A DNA stretch of 58,230 nucleotides, filler included, from Sphacelaria rigidula (lineage: Eukaryota), in the NCBI GenBank assembly GCA_964200075.2. It is 10 parts of 10 records of this genome, joined end to end, with 100 filler letters (N's around TTAATTAATTAA, not from the genome) between each part and the next. Parts side by side here need not be neighbours in the genome. Positions count along the whole stretch, not along the records: positions 1 to 5,734 come from CAXNAA020024868.1; positions 5,835 to 11,567 come from CAXNAA020024869.1; positions 11,668 to 17,400 come from CAXNAA020024870.1; 7 more parts are not named here. One strand, 5' to 3'. This document shows, in pieces, positions 1-11,961 of the stretch (position 1 is its first letter; every line of letters starts with the position of its first letter). The notes beneath the pieces were generated by a model. It saw only the letters and a program-made list of their open reading frames with translations. It was not told the origin of the DNA and ran no database searches. Both the position numbers and the translations under genes were made by a program.

Positions 1-70
1 GGCGTTGTAGGGATTCGAGGTCAATGGTCCTCTGACTATGGCATGCATGATCATGAGTACACCCTCCCCC
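1..70 (+). mobile_element. Fixed end of the short 'ATGAGTAC+C-tract' interspersed repeat family
   Basis: GTAGGGATTCGAGGTCAATGGTC...GCATGATCATGAGTACACCCTCCCC matches copies at 17265-17400(-), 26160-26255(+) and 38340-38580(-). Confidence 0.8.
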
Positions 71-713
71 TGTGTGTGTGTGTGTGTGTGTGTGTTTATG
101 TCTTTTTCTGTTGCTATTTTGTCGTTCGGTTTCCGTGCTTGCGAGTGATTGCGTTCGAGTGTCATTTGATTAACATTCTTGTTCAGGATGGTGCACTTGG
201 ACAGAAAAGAGGGCAGGAAACCTTTGCATGGTTTTTGACAGCTGGGGGAAACGCCGACCAGATAGCAGATATGATTGTCAGTGTCTCGTACGTTTGTTTC
301 AGCCTTTCAATTTTGTTTTACGTTCGATGTTTGAACAAGGATAGCCCTCCTCCCCCCCCCCCCTCCCACTCTCCTGGAGATGAACGTTTGGGGCCCAAAA
401 ACTGATCATCTGAGGGTGTTACTCGAGAAGGTGGTATTCAACGTGCCCCAGGGCGGCGCTGTAGTTGTAGGTTTGGTGCCCAAGATAGCCGGAACCCCAT
501 CACCCGCTGTGTTCAAGTGGTGATGGGTATCCGTCCATGTTGGTGTTGTACTGTGTGACATTTTCGTTCAACTCTAATCGACCACATCGAAGAGGAGCAT
601 TTTGTGTACGTCGAGCACCAAAACGATGGCGGTGTAGACTGAAGGTGGGTGGGAATGCAGGCTCTCCATCAATGTGCTGCGTCGGTGGGTTGCCTTGCTC
701 TTGTTCGTTGCCC

Positions 714-785
714 TCAATAATGCCATCAAGGTCAATAATGCCATCAAGGTCAATAATGCCATCAAGGTCAATAATGCCATCAAGG
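714..785 (+). repeat. 18-bp minisatellite (TCAATAATGCCATCAAGG) x4
   Basis: Four consecutive exact units read directly from the sequence. Confidence 0.95.
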
Positions 786-829
786 CTGACGGTCGGTTAT
801 TTTTTTCGTGACGGCATTGGTTGTGTTTT

Positions 830-1093
830 ACCGTTCGGACAAACCATGGCCGGTTCGAGTCACCAAATCCATGATTTGTCAGGCCTGATTGCTCGAAAGA
901 GATGTGAAAAAAGTTAACCGCTGGTCGAAAAGGTCTCCACGCACTTTTTGCGCCATTCCACGTGGCCTGGGCTTGCGCGTACCTGGTTTGCAACGCTGAA
1001 AAAAATATATTAAGGATTGATTCGTGCGGTACGATTCAATTACACTGAAATCAAGGAATTTCCAGACGAATCATGAATTCATCCGGACCCTTG
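830..1093. mobile_element. ~260-bp MITE-like repeat ending GGACCCTTG
   Basis: Colinear with 22300-22572 (GATTTGTCAGGCCTGA.TGCTCGAAAGAGA...GCGCCATTCCACGTG...GGACCCTTG); both end in the reverse complement of CAAGGG. Confidence 0.75.
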
Positions 1094-1232
1094 CTATTTT
1101 GTCCGTAGTTGGTTGATTCGCTTCGCGGTCTGCTCTATTTCATAACGTACAATCCACGCGTTTGGTGCCCAAGAGTTACTTCGTTTAGGACACAACTTCG
1201 CCATTCTCGGTGAGGTTCCTCTCACCCCTTCA

Positions 1233-1470
1233 ATTATTATTATTTATTATTATTATTACTATTATTATTATTATTATTATTATTTCCGCACATTAGTCTG
1301 ATCTCTCGAACCCGTGGTCACAGACGTGAGCTCGTGTTACCAACACCCTCCCTGCTATTCCTTACAAGGCATAGAGCCCTCCATCATTTCAAGAGGAGGT
1401 TAATTTTGCACCGCAAATGGTACGCTGCAGCCGCGGGTCGGAGCAGCCGACCGACTCAGTCATTGTTTTG
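1233..1470 (-). mobile_element. SINE-like element or LINE 3' end with (AAT)n tail
   Basis: Minus strand CCACGGGTTCGAGAGATCAGACTAATGTGCGGAAA(TAA)n matches the 3' end of the LINE at ~15131-15170. The upstream boundary is approximate. Confidence 0.65.
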
Positions 1471-3145
1471 AATTTACTTACAATAAGTAGTGTTTTACCA
1501 CGGACGTGCTTCAGCGATGATCACACAACACCGTATTTATCAAGAACGATATTTGAAAGTCGCATCATCAGGAATATCGTACAGTAGAAGAAACGTCAAC
1601 AACTTTCCTCTCTCGTCCTCTCGCCCAAACAAGACCTGTTGCGTGTGACATCTCTGGCGCGGGTCGCAGCGAGCACTTCCGAGCGCATCTCAACCGACGC
1701 CGCTAGGGGGAGGACGGGCGGGGGCGTAGTGGGCAGGATGTCGACATCGAATGGGACTACTACGGCTGCTAGAATCGCCGCTGTACGCAGGGGCAGCACC
1801 GGTAGCAATAGCGTCAGGTGCGACCGATGGTTGGGCGTAGCTCATTGAAGTTCATTTTTGGTGTCTTGAGAATTCCGTCAACTGGGGGAAGTCGATCCAT
1901 TTGGTTGAGGCAGTCGGTTATACTTCATTCACTCCTCGCTGCGATGTGGTTGTCCGGTGAGCTTCGTGCAGATTCCTTCATGACTCAGCCTGCCCACCGG
2001 AAAATTCAAAACTGGCGGATGCACACACTGTTTTGTAAAAGTAGGCACGACTGAAACTTTGGTTATTTTACAGACACGTTTGTAGCCGAATGTAGGATTC
2101 TTCGAAACCCACGCAAACGCGGAAGCGCTGTAAGTGTTTACCCCATGTGGCTGACCGGGTTGATTGTGCCGTATCCATGTACACAAGAACTCAACCATGC
2201 GGGGCAGTAGTATCTTCAAGCGCGCGCGCTCCGACCTGTAGCTTCAGGTACGTTTCATCGTGATAATGCATACACCCTGCACCTTTTGCGCATGCGGCGC
2301 TGTCCTGTAAGCTTGGTGGCATAGTATCTCGTGTCACCTACCTAAATGCCGTTGTGGGACGTTCATCCGGTCGATGACACGGAGCTGTTCTTTTAAGGAA
2401 TATTTTTGTGATGGTCCAGGACTGCTCACATTGTCGATGACCCCTTGCCAGATCAGTATATTTTGAAGAAGACCACAGGGTGCATGTGCACAGTCGAGCA
2501 TACTCGTGGCGTTGCAAATTCAGAGAGCGGAACACTTGCCGAGTCGACGCAGGGGGGGCGAGGTTTTTTTCGTGATGCTGTACTCCGTAGACACGGGCAT
2601 GCAGGGGTGTCATGATTTGCGCCACGAAACCGCTTCCCTCCAAGCCGACAGAGTTTGAGTTTTGGACAGAGGATTACGAGACAGATTATCGGCGAGTTTT
2701 GCAGCACCGTATGATTGGATGGTTGGGTTTTTTGTATGCTTAGTGCACTATTTCTTCCTTTATTAGCGTTCCATCCGTCAGTTCTCGCTCTTTTCGATTC
2801 CCCCTTGGACCTATCAATAATGGGGCTTCTGATCACGGTCGAGAGGGTACAGCCCATAAAGCGTTCGTGCGGGTTAGAGTAGCAACATGCATACCGGTCG
2901 TAACAGAAATCGTTATCGTATGGAGAAATAGCGCAGCTGATCACAGTGCGTACGGTCTCGGCATGCGTATAGGGAAAAAAACGGAAGGAGTATCTATACC
3001 ATCCCGGTGCACGCATCAACCCCCAAAGTCATACTGTGCATACGAGTATGCTATACCAGCGTGCGTCACTTTCCCCTTGTGCTCGGCGTGTCGCACGCCA
3101 TAAAACAGGGAAATATTCCTTGGTAGCCCCAGAAGTACTGGAAAA

Positions 3146-3988
3146 ATGGCACGGGATTCGACCGCCGAGAAACCTTTTGGGGGCTCGGGAACGTCAGCGG
3201 CAAGACGCCGAGGAAAGTCTACGGAGGAGAAGAAATGTGGAGATGCTGCGGAGAAGCAATCTGGAGATGCTGCGGAAAAGCCTTCTGGTGACCCAACAAA
3301 CACGAAATCCCACGACTTGATCGCTGCAGATGAACTGAAAATCAAGGCGGCAGAAACCGAAGAACCGAGCGGAGAAGCCGGAGAAGGTTCCCCGGAATCA
3401 GCAACGCCGCAAACCATCGGCGAAACGTCGGAGCAAGCTTCAAAGGCAACGGTGGATCAAGACGCGACAGAGACGCCGGTGAAGGAAGGAGACGCAGGGG
3501 ACGGGGAGCCTCAATCGGCGGATACTGTGGATGACGACGAACCTGACAAGCCTAGCGCCGGGGAGGGGGGAGCAGTGGCGATAGTTTTGGACATTTTGGA
3601 GAAGGACCCAAAGGATGTCGTAGAGGAAGACCCCGAGGAACCCGTGGAGCAAGCTCCGACGGATGCCGTGGAGAATGACCCCGAGAAACCCATCGAGCAA
3701 GATCAGGGCGACTGCTCTCAGACAGCAATCGCTGTTGGGCAAGATGATCAGGAAGTGAAGCTATGTGGGGACCACGAGAGTAAGGGGGTGGTGGAAAGCG
3801 CGGAGCAAGGCTTGGCTAAGACCGTAGAGCAAGAGGGAGCGGTAGATACGAAAGGCCAGGTGGAACACGGGGATGAAGAGGTATCTGTAGCTGAGGTCGA
3901 CGTTGTGGCTGGATCAGACACTTCGGTGGGTGACGACGGCGAAGCGGGAAACGTGGATGATGACGATGATAGTGCTCCCAAGATGTGA
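3146..3988 (+). CDS. Acidic (D/E-rich), low-complexity, probably disordered protein, 280 aa, unknown function
   Basis: Uninterrupted 843-bp ATG-TGA ORF with strongly biased E/D/G/A composition, internal repeats (GDAAEK x2; VEEDPEEPVEQ/VENDPEKPIEQ) and a T-rich downstream region. Confidence 0.6.
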   Translation: MARDSTAEKPFGGSGTSAARRRGKSTEEKKCGDAAEKQSGDAAEKPSGDPTNTKSHDLIAADELKIKAAETEEPSGEAGEGSPESATPQTIGETSEQASKATVDQDATETPVKEGDAGDGEPQSADTVDDDEPDKPSAGEGGAVAIVLDILEKDPKDVVEEDPEEPVEQAPTDAVENDPEKPIEQDQGDCSQTAIAVGQDDQEVKLCGDHESKGVVESAEQGLAKTVEQEGAVDTKGQVEHGDEEVSVAEVDVVAGSDTSVGDDGEAGNVDDDDDSAPKM

Positions 3989-4390
3989 TTTTATGTTGAC
4001 ATATATTTAGCAGTTGGCTGAGCTCTTGTTTGATTCGGCTGAGTTTTGGGTGGTATTGGGTCTAATTTTATTTTAGCGGAGTTGAGCTGTGTTTCTCCGA
4101 GTAAAATGATTCCTGCTGATTTCAAACTGATTAGTTTGGATTGAACCAACTGGGTCAGACTATCCGGTGGTTGACGGCGGCGAAGCGGGAAACGTGGATG
4201 ATGACGAGGAGAGTGCTTCCAAGATGTGTGATTATGTTGGCATCTTTTTGTGCGATTAGCTGAGCTCTTGTTTGATTCGGCTGATTTTATGGGGTGGTAC
4301 TGGGTTTATTTTTATTTTAGCGGAGTTAAGCTGTGTTGCTTCGAGTAAAATGATGTGTGCTAATTTCGAATTGATTTAGATTGGATCGAA
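3931..4390 (+). repeat. Diverged ~240-bp tandem duplication of the ORF's last codons plus 3' flank
   Basis: GACG.CGGCGAAGCGGGAAACGTGGATGATGACGA...CCAAGATGTG...CTGAGCTCTTGTTTGATTCGGCTGA...GAGTAAAATGAT occurs at ~3931 and again at ~4172. Confidence 0.9.
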
Positions 4391-5734
4391 TTGATTTGTG
4401 TCGGATTAAGTTGATTGGGGGTTGGGTTGCACTGATTTTGTGTTGAGTCGAGTGGTCCGTGTCGGATGCAAGTGTCGAGTATTCTGTGCTGAAGTTGATG
4501 TTTATTTAAATGTTGGCTTGAGGTGGATCTGATGTTGATCCTGGCATGCTTTGGATCTCATCTCCGGGGTGATCCATCGCCGCTCTCGACCGTACGTTCA
4601 ACTTTAGCGCCGATTGGCGAGGTAGGTTTTGTAGCTTGATAGGCTGGCCACGAGTGCTCTCGGACGGTTTGTTCCGTGCGATTGCCGCATTCGGGGTTTA
4701 CCGCCGTCGTTTGTACCGATGCTGTGCTTGGTCGGTGAGGGAGAATATTATTATATCATTATGGGTACTACAGGAAGGCAGTGGACGGGTGGTCAGGAAG
4801 AGGTGCTCAGGGCGTGCGTTCCATTGGGGACGATATCATTCGGGACCCATATAGTTGCACGCAGTCACGTTATCTGTTTCGGTGGTAATGTGGCATGATG
4901 GTGTGATCTATAGACGTTGTGCAACACCCCTATGTTTTGTATGCTCTCAGATTAGGGGGAGGGTGGGGGAGTACTCTAAATCCCGGTAATTAAGGTGCGA
5001 GAGGCAGTCAGACCCCCCCAAAAAACCGTGTTGGTTCACGTGTTGAGAGTGTCGTTTTGATATTGGATTCCAATTGAAAGTTTTTTTTTCAGAAACTAGT
5101 ATGTGGCGGGTACGAGTATAACAAACAAACTGATGTGGTGAATGAAACCCAGAGAAGCGGCCGAGGTTTGGAGTAACGTGATGAACAATCCTTAAGTAAC
5201 ATGCGCGTGTGTTTTTCTCCGACAGCTGATGCAGCTGGTTGTTGAGGCCGTCAAACTGCTGCGCAGTGGTGTTTGTACAATGTGTAAACTGCTGGTAGCG
5301 TACCAAAAAACGGCAAGGAGCGGGGGATGGGAGACATGGTTGTGACCCCGTTCGCCTCACTAGGTACTTCGTGAAAGAGCCGTGTCCTGGGATGATACGT
5401 TTGCAGTTGTCGCTGCAGTATTCACAATCCGTGATGATCGCACCGCACGTCTCCCCCCGTTTGCTTTTGTTGCGTATTATTTCGCTATGTGATTGGAGCG
5501 GGACGTTTTCCACGTAGACGTACATCATACCAAGTTGTAGATGTACTGCTAAATCGCGTGGGGGTTGCGAACGAAAGGTTTCAAGTTGTCCGCCGACATG
5601 GAAAAGGGAGTGCCCTCAGAGTAGGAGGGGAGGGGGGGGGGGGGGGTTGCGTTGTCTAGTCACAGTATGTTTCGTCAAAGAACGTGAAGTCACGTACCGG
5701 AGAGTGATGTTTCAAGTACCCCCGCCCCCCCCCC

Positions 5735-5834
5735 NNNNNNNNNNNNNNNNNNNNNNNNNNNNNNNNNNNNNNNNNNNNTTAATTAATTAANNNNNNNNNN
5801 NNNNNNNNNNNNNNNNNNNNNNNNNNNNNNNNNN
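5735..5834. other. Artificial contig-joining linker (44N-TTAATTAATTAA-44N); identical copies at 11568, 17401, 23234, 29067, 34900, 40733, 46566, 52399
   Basis: Nine identical 100-bp linkers spaced exactly 5833 bp apart; the 12-mer gives stops in all six frames. Confidence 0.98.
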
Positions 5835-6001
5835 TGTCCGCTGGCCGCTCGTCGAGTGGTTCCCCTCGGCGGGCATTCCGGTGGTGATTTTTTTTTTTTT
5901 TGGTGCAGGACTGCGTAACCTTAGTTAGACATTCTGCGTGATTTACATGCTGACCGGTTAACGGGGGTCCTCCCACTTTTTAGCCCAGATTCTGACTCTT
6001 C

Positions 6002-6205
6002 CAAGGGCAGGTCGAGTAGAGTATACTCATTTGCGGGGTATTTTCAAAAACGTACTTCAGGTACTCAAATAAGAGTAGAGTGTTAGGAGTCGCACCTAAA
6101 AAATAACGGGGAAGCGATCCCTAAAATCCTACCTCAAATTTGTGTGATTTGATACGACTTTCAAAATACCCCGCAATTGAGTATACTCTACTCAACCTTC
6201 CCTTG
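6002..6205. mobile_element. 204-bp MITE, ~50-bp TIRs starting CAAGGG, 8-bp TSD (hAT- or P-like)
   Basis: Left CAAGGGCAGGTCGAGTAGAGTATACTCATTTGCGGGGTATTTT; right (revcomp) CAAGGGAAGGTTGAGTAGAGTATACTCAATTGCGGGGTATTTT; exact flanking repeat GACTCTTC at 5994-6001 and 6206-6213. Confidence 0.92.
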
Positions 6206-7185
6206 GACTCTTCGGTATTTTCGGTCGATCGAGCCTGTCCCGGTCATATTTGTGGAAAAATGTACAGTTTTATTTTTAATCGTACCTACTCATTGCACTA
6301 GAGCCGAAAAACTTTGTGTCACGGTCAATAACACCCTCATGATAAAGGGGGTATATACTCGTATCGCCCGATATCACCAACTGACACTAACTTGGGCACT
6401 GTGTTTCGAGGACGATCTGTGTATTGTACCAAAATCTACCGACGCTGGCACTTTCGAGTTATATCGAAGAGCAATACGCGAAAAAAAAAAACGTGCCACT
6501 TTGAACGTCGGGTACTATACTTTTTTTTTGGCACTAGTCGACGACGTCTACTGCCCGCGTTTGCTCACACTTTCGTGTATACGTAAACTCGGGTTCTCGA
6601 GGGAGACACTGGCGTTGATTCAAGTTGAAACACACGCATCGCTCAGCTTGAGTACAGCATTGCCATCCCTGCCTGCCCTTGGGCTCCACTTTGAGAGGAG
6701 TTTCGTTTCATGAGCGCCTGCTGATGTTGTTGCCAGGAACAAGCCGCAGAGACGCGAAGAATGGATCCGATCGTCAGGGCGGGATGACTTTGTAAAAATT
6801 TCACAGTCTCCAAAGATCTGTCCCAAGAAAATGTTGAGAGTCGGTCTCTGCACGGTGCCCCGCCTGCCGTTGACTCGTTTCCTGGATGAAAATTGGACAG
6901 GTGTATGGATATATCAAGAAGTGCACAGTACAATGTGCCGAAACTTGTTGGCTGCCGTCGTGCGTTTAAGGCCATCAGAAATGCATAGTACCTGTCCTCA
7001 GACGCGTGATTCTCTCACGAGAAGCCATGTACGACAGTAAACCAGTAAATGCGCATGTGTCACCTGTGTACTACTGTACCTTCATCCGCCCCCACTCTTG
7101 CCCCTCCCGCGCCCCGCCTCTCTTTTCATCGCCATCTGTTTTCCATCGTCAAAATGCGAACGGACGCTCTGTACATATCGCACAG

Positions 7186-7454
7186 GTACTGGAGATAATC
7201 TGTTCTTGCATGACTTCACGGGGAAGCGAGGGATTCCACCAATGATTGGAGGTTCAGATCCAACAGACCAACCACCCTCTGACAACCCGGACGGCGGGCC
7301 CCCGCGGGGTGGAGGAAGCGGCGGAGGGGGTAAATTTCCGGGGTGGGGAGGTGGGGGACTATTTGGGATACTTGGGGGCGATAGCCCAGGTAGTGGCAAT
7401 GGATTAGTGGATTTTTCTGAGGGTGACGAACCCGGGTATGGGAACCCGCGGTGA
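7186..7454 (+). CDS. Possible exon, Gly/Pro-rich unknown protein
   Basis: Acceptor-like TCGCACAG| followed by open frame GTGDNLFLHDFTGKRG...GGGGKFPGWGGGG...GYGNPR, ending at a stop or a GTGAGA donor. No family recognised. Confidence 0.35.
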
Positions 7455-8012
7455 GATATGTAGAGACCGTGGCATGAGTGTCGTGTATGTTCGTTTCCAT
7501 TCAATTTTTGTATGTGTAGGAGAAAACTTCTGGGATCAAATCGGGAAACGATATTTATTCGTAAGCGTTTTGTTTCTCACGGCAATACTTATTTCACATC
7601 TTTACAAGGTTTTGTGTTTGCTTACTGTACGGATTATATAGCCATGTACAGGCTCCGATTTATACTATGCTTTCTGCATCGGGTTTTGGTTGTAGTGACG
7701 TATCGTCGCTGGTGCTACTGCCCATAGCTGCTTCCGAGAAACGCACGCGGTCTCGTGACGACAAAAACACGTTCGGGTTGGCGGTGATGAAAATGCCGCG
7801 CAAGCCCTGAATTGCAGAATTGAATTATCGTTACGAAAATTCGATTAATATTAATGTCCAGCCCTCGCTTTTCCATCAACGTTGATCCCTAGGCCGCCAG
7901 GGTAGTCCATCTGAATCATGCATACTTTTTACGAGTGAAATTGATGCCTATTCAACAGATGACCTCTACTCTCTCGCCGTGTAATGGTGAACACTCGCGC
8001 AAGACTTGCGCG

Positions 8013-9064
8013 TCACGCACGCCAAAATAGTTGCAACTTAGTTCCTGCCCGCTGCACCGCCTCTTCCCCGCTCCCCTCACAGCTACCACCGCCGGCACTA
8101 TCGAGGCGATGCCCATTGTCCTTCTCCCCTTCAGCACCAGCGCTATTCGCTCTTACCCTATGGCTACCCTCAGAAGATAATGCACCGCTGTTATCCGCAT
8201 CGCCTGTGTGCCCCCTACTGCCATCTTCCCTCAATATCTCCGGATTCTCTGCGCAGCCGTCGCCGCCGCTGCTGCTGCTACTGCTGCCGCCGCCTGCGAC
8301 ACAATCCAGCTCGTCCCAGACAACCTCCCGCAACAATCCACGCTGCGCGCAGGCCCGCGTTATTGCCTCTTCTGTTTCGACCTCATACACGAAACTCTGT
8401 GACATTACAAACAATGGCGCCGGGGTTGCGATAGGCCCATGGGCAGACATGTGATACGAAAAATACCGGCTGGAGGCTTCCAAGCCAGAGGAGGTCGTGC
8501 GCCGAGGATTTGCGTTGCTGGGTGCTTCCAGTCGTGGGGCTGTTCGTGGTGGCGTTGGCAGCCGTGGGCAGACGACCGGTTCCGTGCCTGTTCGTTTGTC
8601 TCTGGCAACGCTACAGTCCATGCTTCCGGCCGCTGCTGATGTTTTTACTGTTGCTGCACAGTCGTTGTTCAACGGCAACGATGCCGACATCAAAGGCTCC
8701 TGCGACTGCCGTGGTCCTTCCTCCTCCCCCGCCCCCTGATTCACGCGTTCACCCAACTCAATCCCCTCTTGTTGCCCTTGCCGGTGGGATCGAAGTTCGC
8801 TCGCTCCTCCTTCTCCCGCCAACAAAGCACCCACCGTTTCGAAAAGCGGCTCGACGACCGACACAGAGTAGATCACGTCGCTGGCAATCAAGAGGTCGAA
8901 AGAGACAGCGTTATTACTGTCTACAACCTCCGACTCCGTGTCATTGGATTCCACCTCACCCCCCCGGCCTCGTGTCATATCCCCGTTCCACGGCCGTCGT
9001 CGCCCTGATCCTTTCTTCCCGATGCTGGCGAGTGCATCCGCCAACGCGGCATGCTCGGCCTTAC
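8013..9064 (-). CDS. Terminal exon of a class I SAM-dependent (family 16/METTL21-like) protein methyltransferase
   Basis: Motif FDLLIASDVIY (DxxY) followed by SVSVVEPLFETVGALL; acceptor CACAG| at 9065 is in phase 1 with the upstream exon; stop at 8013. Confidence 0.75.
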
Positions 9065-9332
9065 CTGTGATGTCGGGGCACAGCGTGGAACAGGCGGTTG
9101 TGGTAGCGGCGATGGCTTGTGACGTGGCTGTCAGGCTAGTTGCGAAGCAGTATTACCTTGGGGGGAGGAGGAATGCTGTCGCTCCCGATCATACCTGGTT
9201 CCATCATTGCTTATTTATGCCGTCGTTTGGAATAGCTCGGCAGATGTGAGGTATATCTTCGAGCTCACCCCAGTGTCTTCGCATAAGCCACCATGTGGAG
9301 CAGGATTGAGTATGTGGCTGATGAAAAAGATT

Positions 9333-9544
9333 TTGTGTTCTGTACTGTATACCCGGAAGTGGGGGATTTAGTTGGCATGCTAAACCATACCGGAATGTGT
9401 TTCGAACTCCCAGCTATGATTCGGCCGGGTATCGAGCCGTGTTCCGAACACTCCGGTATGGCGCAGAAGGACATTACCGGTAAAATAACTCTTTCATACC
9501 TAGTAAACCCCCGAATACCAGCGAGTATACCCTACAGAACACAA
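9333..9544. mobile_element. ~210-bp intronic MITE
   Basis: Termini TTGTGTTCTGTA.TGTATAC and GTATACCCTACAGAACACAA are inverted; the interior CCATACCGGA/TCCGGTATGG is also inverted. Confidence 0.6.
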
Positions 9545-9704
9545 CATTGGAAAATTCGTCTGGCGGCGGCACCTGTTTTGGTTCGTTAACTATTTGTGTG
9601 TGCACATGTGTCACTCGTTACATGGTGCTGTCCTGTCCAGGGTGTGTGTCTAAGCGTTTTCTGCATGGTACATGCACGGCATACTCTTCGCATTCATCAT
9701 CCAT

Positions 9705-9751
9705 CAGCTGTAGATGGATCCAGCTGTAGATGGATCCAGCTGTAGATGGAT
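9705..9751 (+). repeat. 16-bp tandem repeat (CAGCTGTAGATGGATC) x3
   Basis: Read directly from the sequence. Confidence 0.9.
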
Positions 9752-10296
9752 GAATACGGGATCGTTGATATCGCGTCTGTGTAAATTTTTTCGGGTTCGT
9801 GTTTTTTTTTTGTACACCCTAATATGGGGTAGTTAGCCTGTGACCACGGAAGACGTCCGCATCAGATGCCCAGGTATCGGAACGGTTTTTAATGTGAAGA
9901 CAACAACAACGACGATGATGTCGACGACAGGAGTGCTTCGAACTCTCTGATTGGCCGAATCTATTGCACGTCATTGGCCTCGGGGGTGAACGTTAAACGA
10001 CATACCTACATATATACACTCGGCTTTTCCACGTGGCATCTTACGCCCTGATATCCTCATACCCAACGAGTGTGACACTGGGATTTTTTGTTGTTCGAGC
10101 ACGAGCAAGCTACAAACAGTACCGTGAGCATGCAATCTGACGATCATCCTGCTCATGTGAGGTATTTGGTCAAGGAGGCACGTGGCTGATCACACCGCAA
10201 TTACAGCGGAAACCACTTGCCAAACAACCACGACGTCAACACGAAAATCTTTGGTGTGTACACAGGAGAAGAATGCAAGGATAGCAGAGTGCCTAC

Positions 10297-10425
10297 CGAC
10301 TGGTCCCCAAGGCAGTCTTGCGCATGCCGCCGGTGCCGCTGTCGTCCTGGTAGTTTTGTGATCCGGGACATCTGCGCTTCCTCCATCCTGCTCTGCTATA
10401 CTCTCCTTGACCAAATCGAGAACGC
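10297..10425 (-). CDS. Internal exon of the same methyltransferase
   Basis: AAGCAG| ... G|GTAGGC boundaries, 129 bp phase 1-1; encodes GVLDLVKESIAEQ...ACARLPWGPV (family LxWG motif) and splices in frame to ...GKAEHAALADAL. Confidence 0.7.
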
Positions 10426-11667
10426 CTGCTTTTGACAGGATCCGGAAAAGCAACCGAGTCTTGGAGACTACCCCGAATATGTTTTGAGTGTGGCGATAGG
10501 TCGATAGGCAAGAGTGTATGGAAGTTGATGCCCTTAGCTTTGCAGGCTGCAGCGATTGTGCGAACATGGCAACACAACCCGGTTTAGGACAGCTGTCGGT
10601 GACTGCTGAAGCAACGGGAGTCAAGATGAAGGCGATGGAACGCTCGCTGCGCATGTTCCGTAATTGGTGGTGTCGCCAGGACACGCATGCTCAGTAGGGC
10701 TCAGTAGGCACTACTTGGCCGCTGGTACCACGAGCACATGATCTGTCGACGCAAGTAATGGTGTGGGCAACACCGTACGCCAAACTATCATACTTATAGT
10801 TTGAAATCCAAAAGTTCACTTGAAAAGAGAGTGATGACCTCTAGTATATACATCATGTGTCACCATAGATTGCGCAAGATGCGCAGTGAAGGATCCGCCT
10901 ACACCGTCAAAATTTCCCCCCCCACCCCAAACGGTCTCCAGACGAGGTTCCAATTCCAATTTTCAAATTGGTTGTTGTCTCCGGCTATTCCAGGTTCGGC
11001 TTTAGATTTCTGTGACAGAAAACACTCTCGTTTTTTCGGAATACTTTTCAGAAAACGAGCAGAACCTTTTTTCGGAAAACTGCTAAAAAACTGCTAAAAA
11101 AATGACCCCAATGTCTTGAGTACAGGGTGGTACACTCAGCACCAGACAACTCTGCAGTGGTATATGAAGTGCAGAGCACTACACTCAACACCAGATAAGG
11201 CAGTTCTGCAGTGTTTTTTATTTTCAGAACCTGGACACGGACCTTCTGTGTGTGTGACCCCGGCTGGTGCACCAACATATACCAAAAGGTTTAGACCGGC
11301 GTCCAGAACAGATGGGACGACAACACACACACGCACAGTGTACAAACAAATGCCGCACAGCAGACAGCAGACAACTTTTAGTCTGCCGATGTGTGTGGGG
11401 GGGGTGTTGCTCTATTGCAGCGGAAAATTCGAGGCGAGAATACCACCATCAAACCCAAGAACAAAGGAAAGAGGCAGATGCCCCAACAGCAGCGGCCCAA
11501 GGTGGAGATGACTGACGAGTACCAGAAACGGAGCGCACACTACTGACGGCCCGGAGCGGAAGGAGAANNNNNNNNNNNNNNNNNNNNNNNNNNNNNNNNN
11601 NNNNNNNNNNNTTAATTAATTAANNNNNNNNNNNNNNNNNNNNNNNNNNNNNNNNNNNNNNNNNNNN

Positions 11668-11960
11668 GTTGTGCTTCTGTCTTTTGTGTGGTTCTTTCTT
11701 TTTTTGGTGGGTGTTGCGGGTTGGGGTGTGGTTCGGCCATTTATTTATGTGCTTTGCTTTTTTTGCTGTTCTTATTATTATTCTTTTTTGTTACGTCTTA
11801 GTCTACTATGTCGTTCTGCTCGACTTTTTTTTGTGTCCCTTCTTTTCTTCAGCGAGTGTTTCAGTTTTGTTTGTCTTGGGTACGCCTATCATGAGACCAC
11901 GGCTGGACCCCGGGGGGGTCAGTTAAAGTGCGACAATCGATCAATAATTCAATCGATCGA
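11668..11960 (+). mobile_element. LINE 3'UTR with (CAAT)n-like tail
   Basis: T-rich UTR ending CACGGCTGGACCCC..GGGGTCAGTTAAAGTGCGACAATCGATCAAT; inverted homologues at ~27270, ~38876 and ~21880. Confidence 0.75.
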
Positions 11961-11961
11961 A

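Noticed and set aside
5779..5790. Regularly spaced TTAATTAATTAA as a biological motif, and ORFs ending '...XXXLIN'
   Set aside because: Synthetic assembly linker embedded in N runs.
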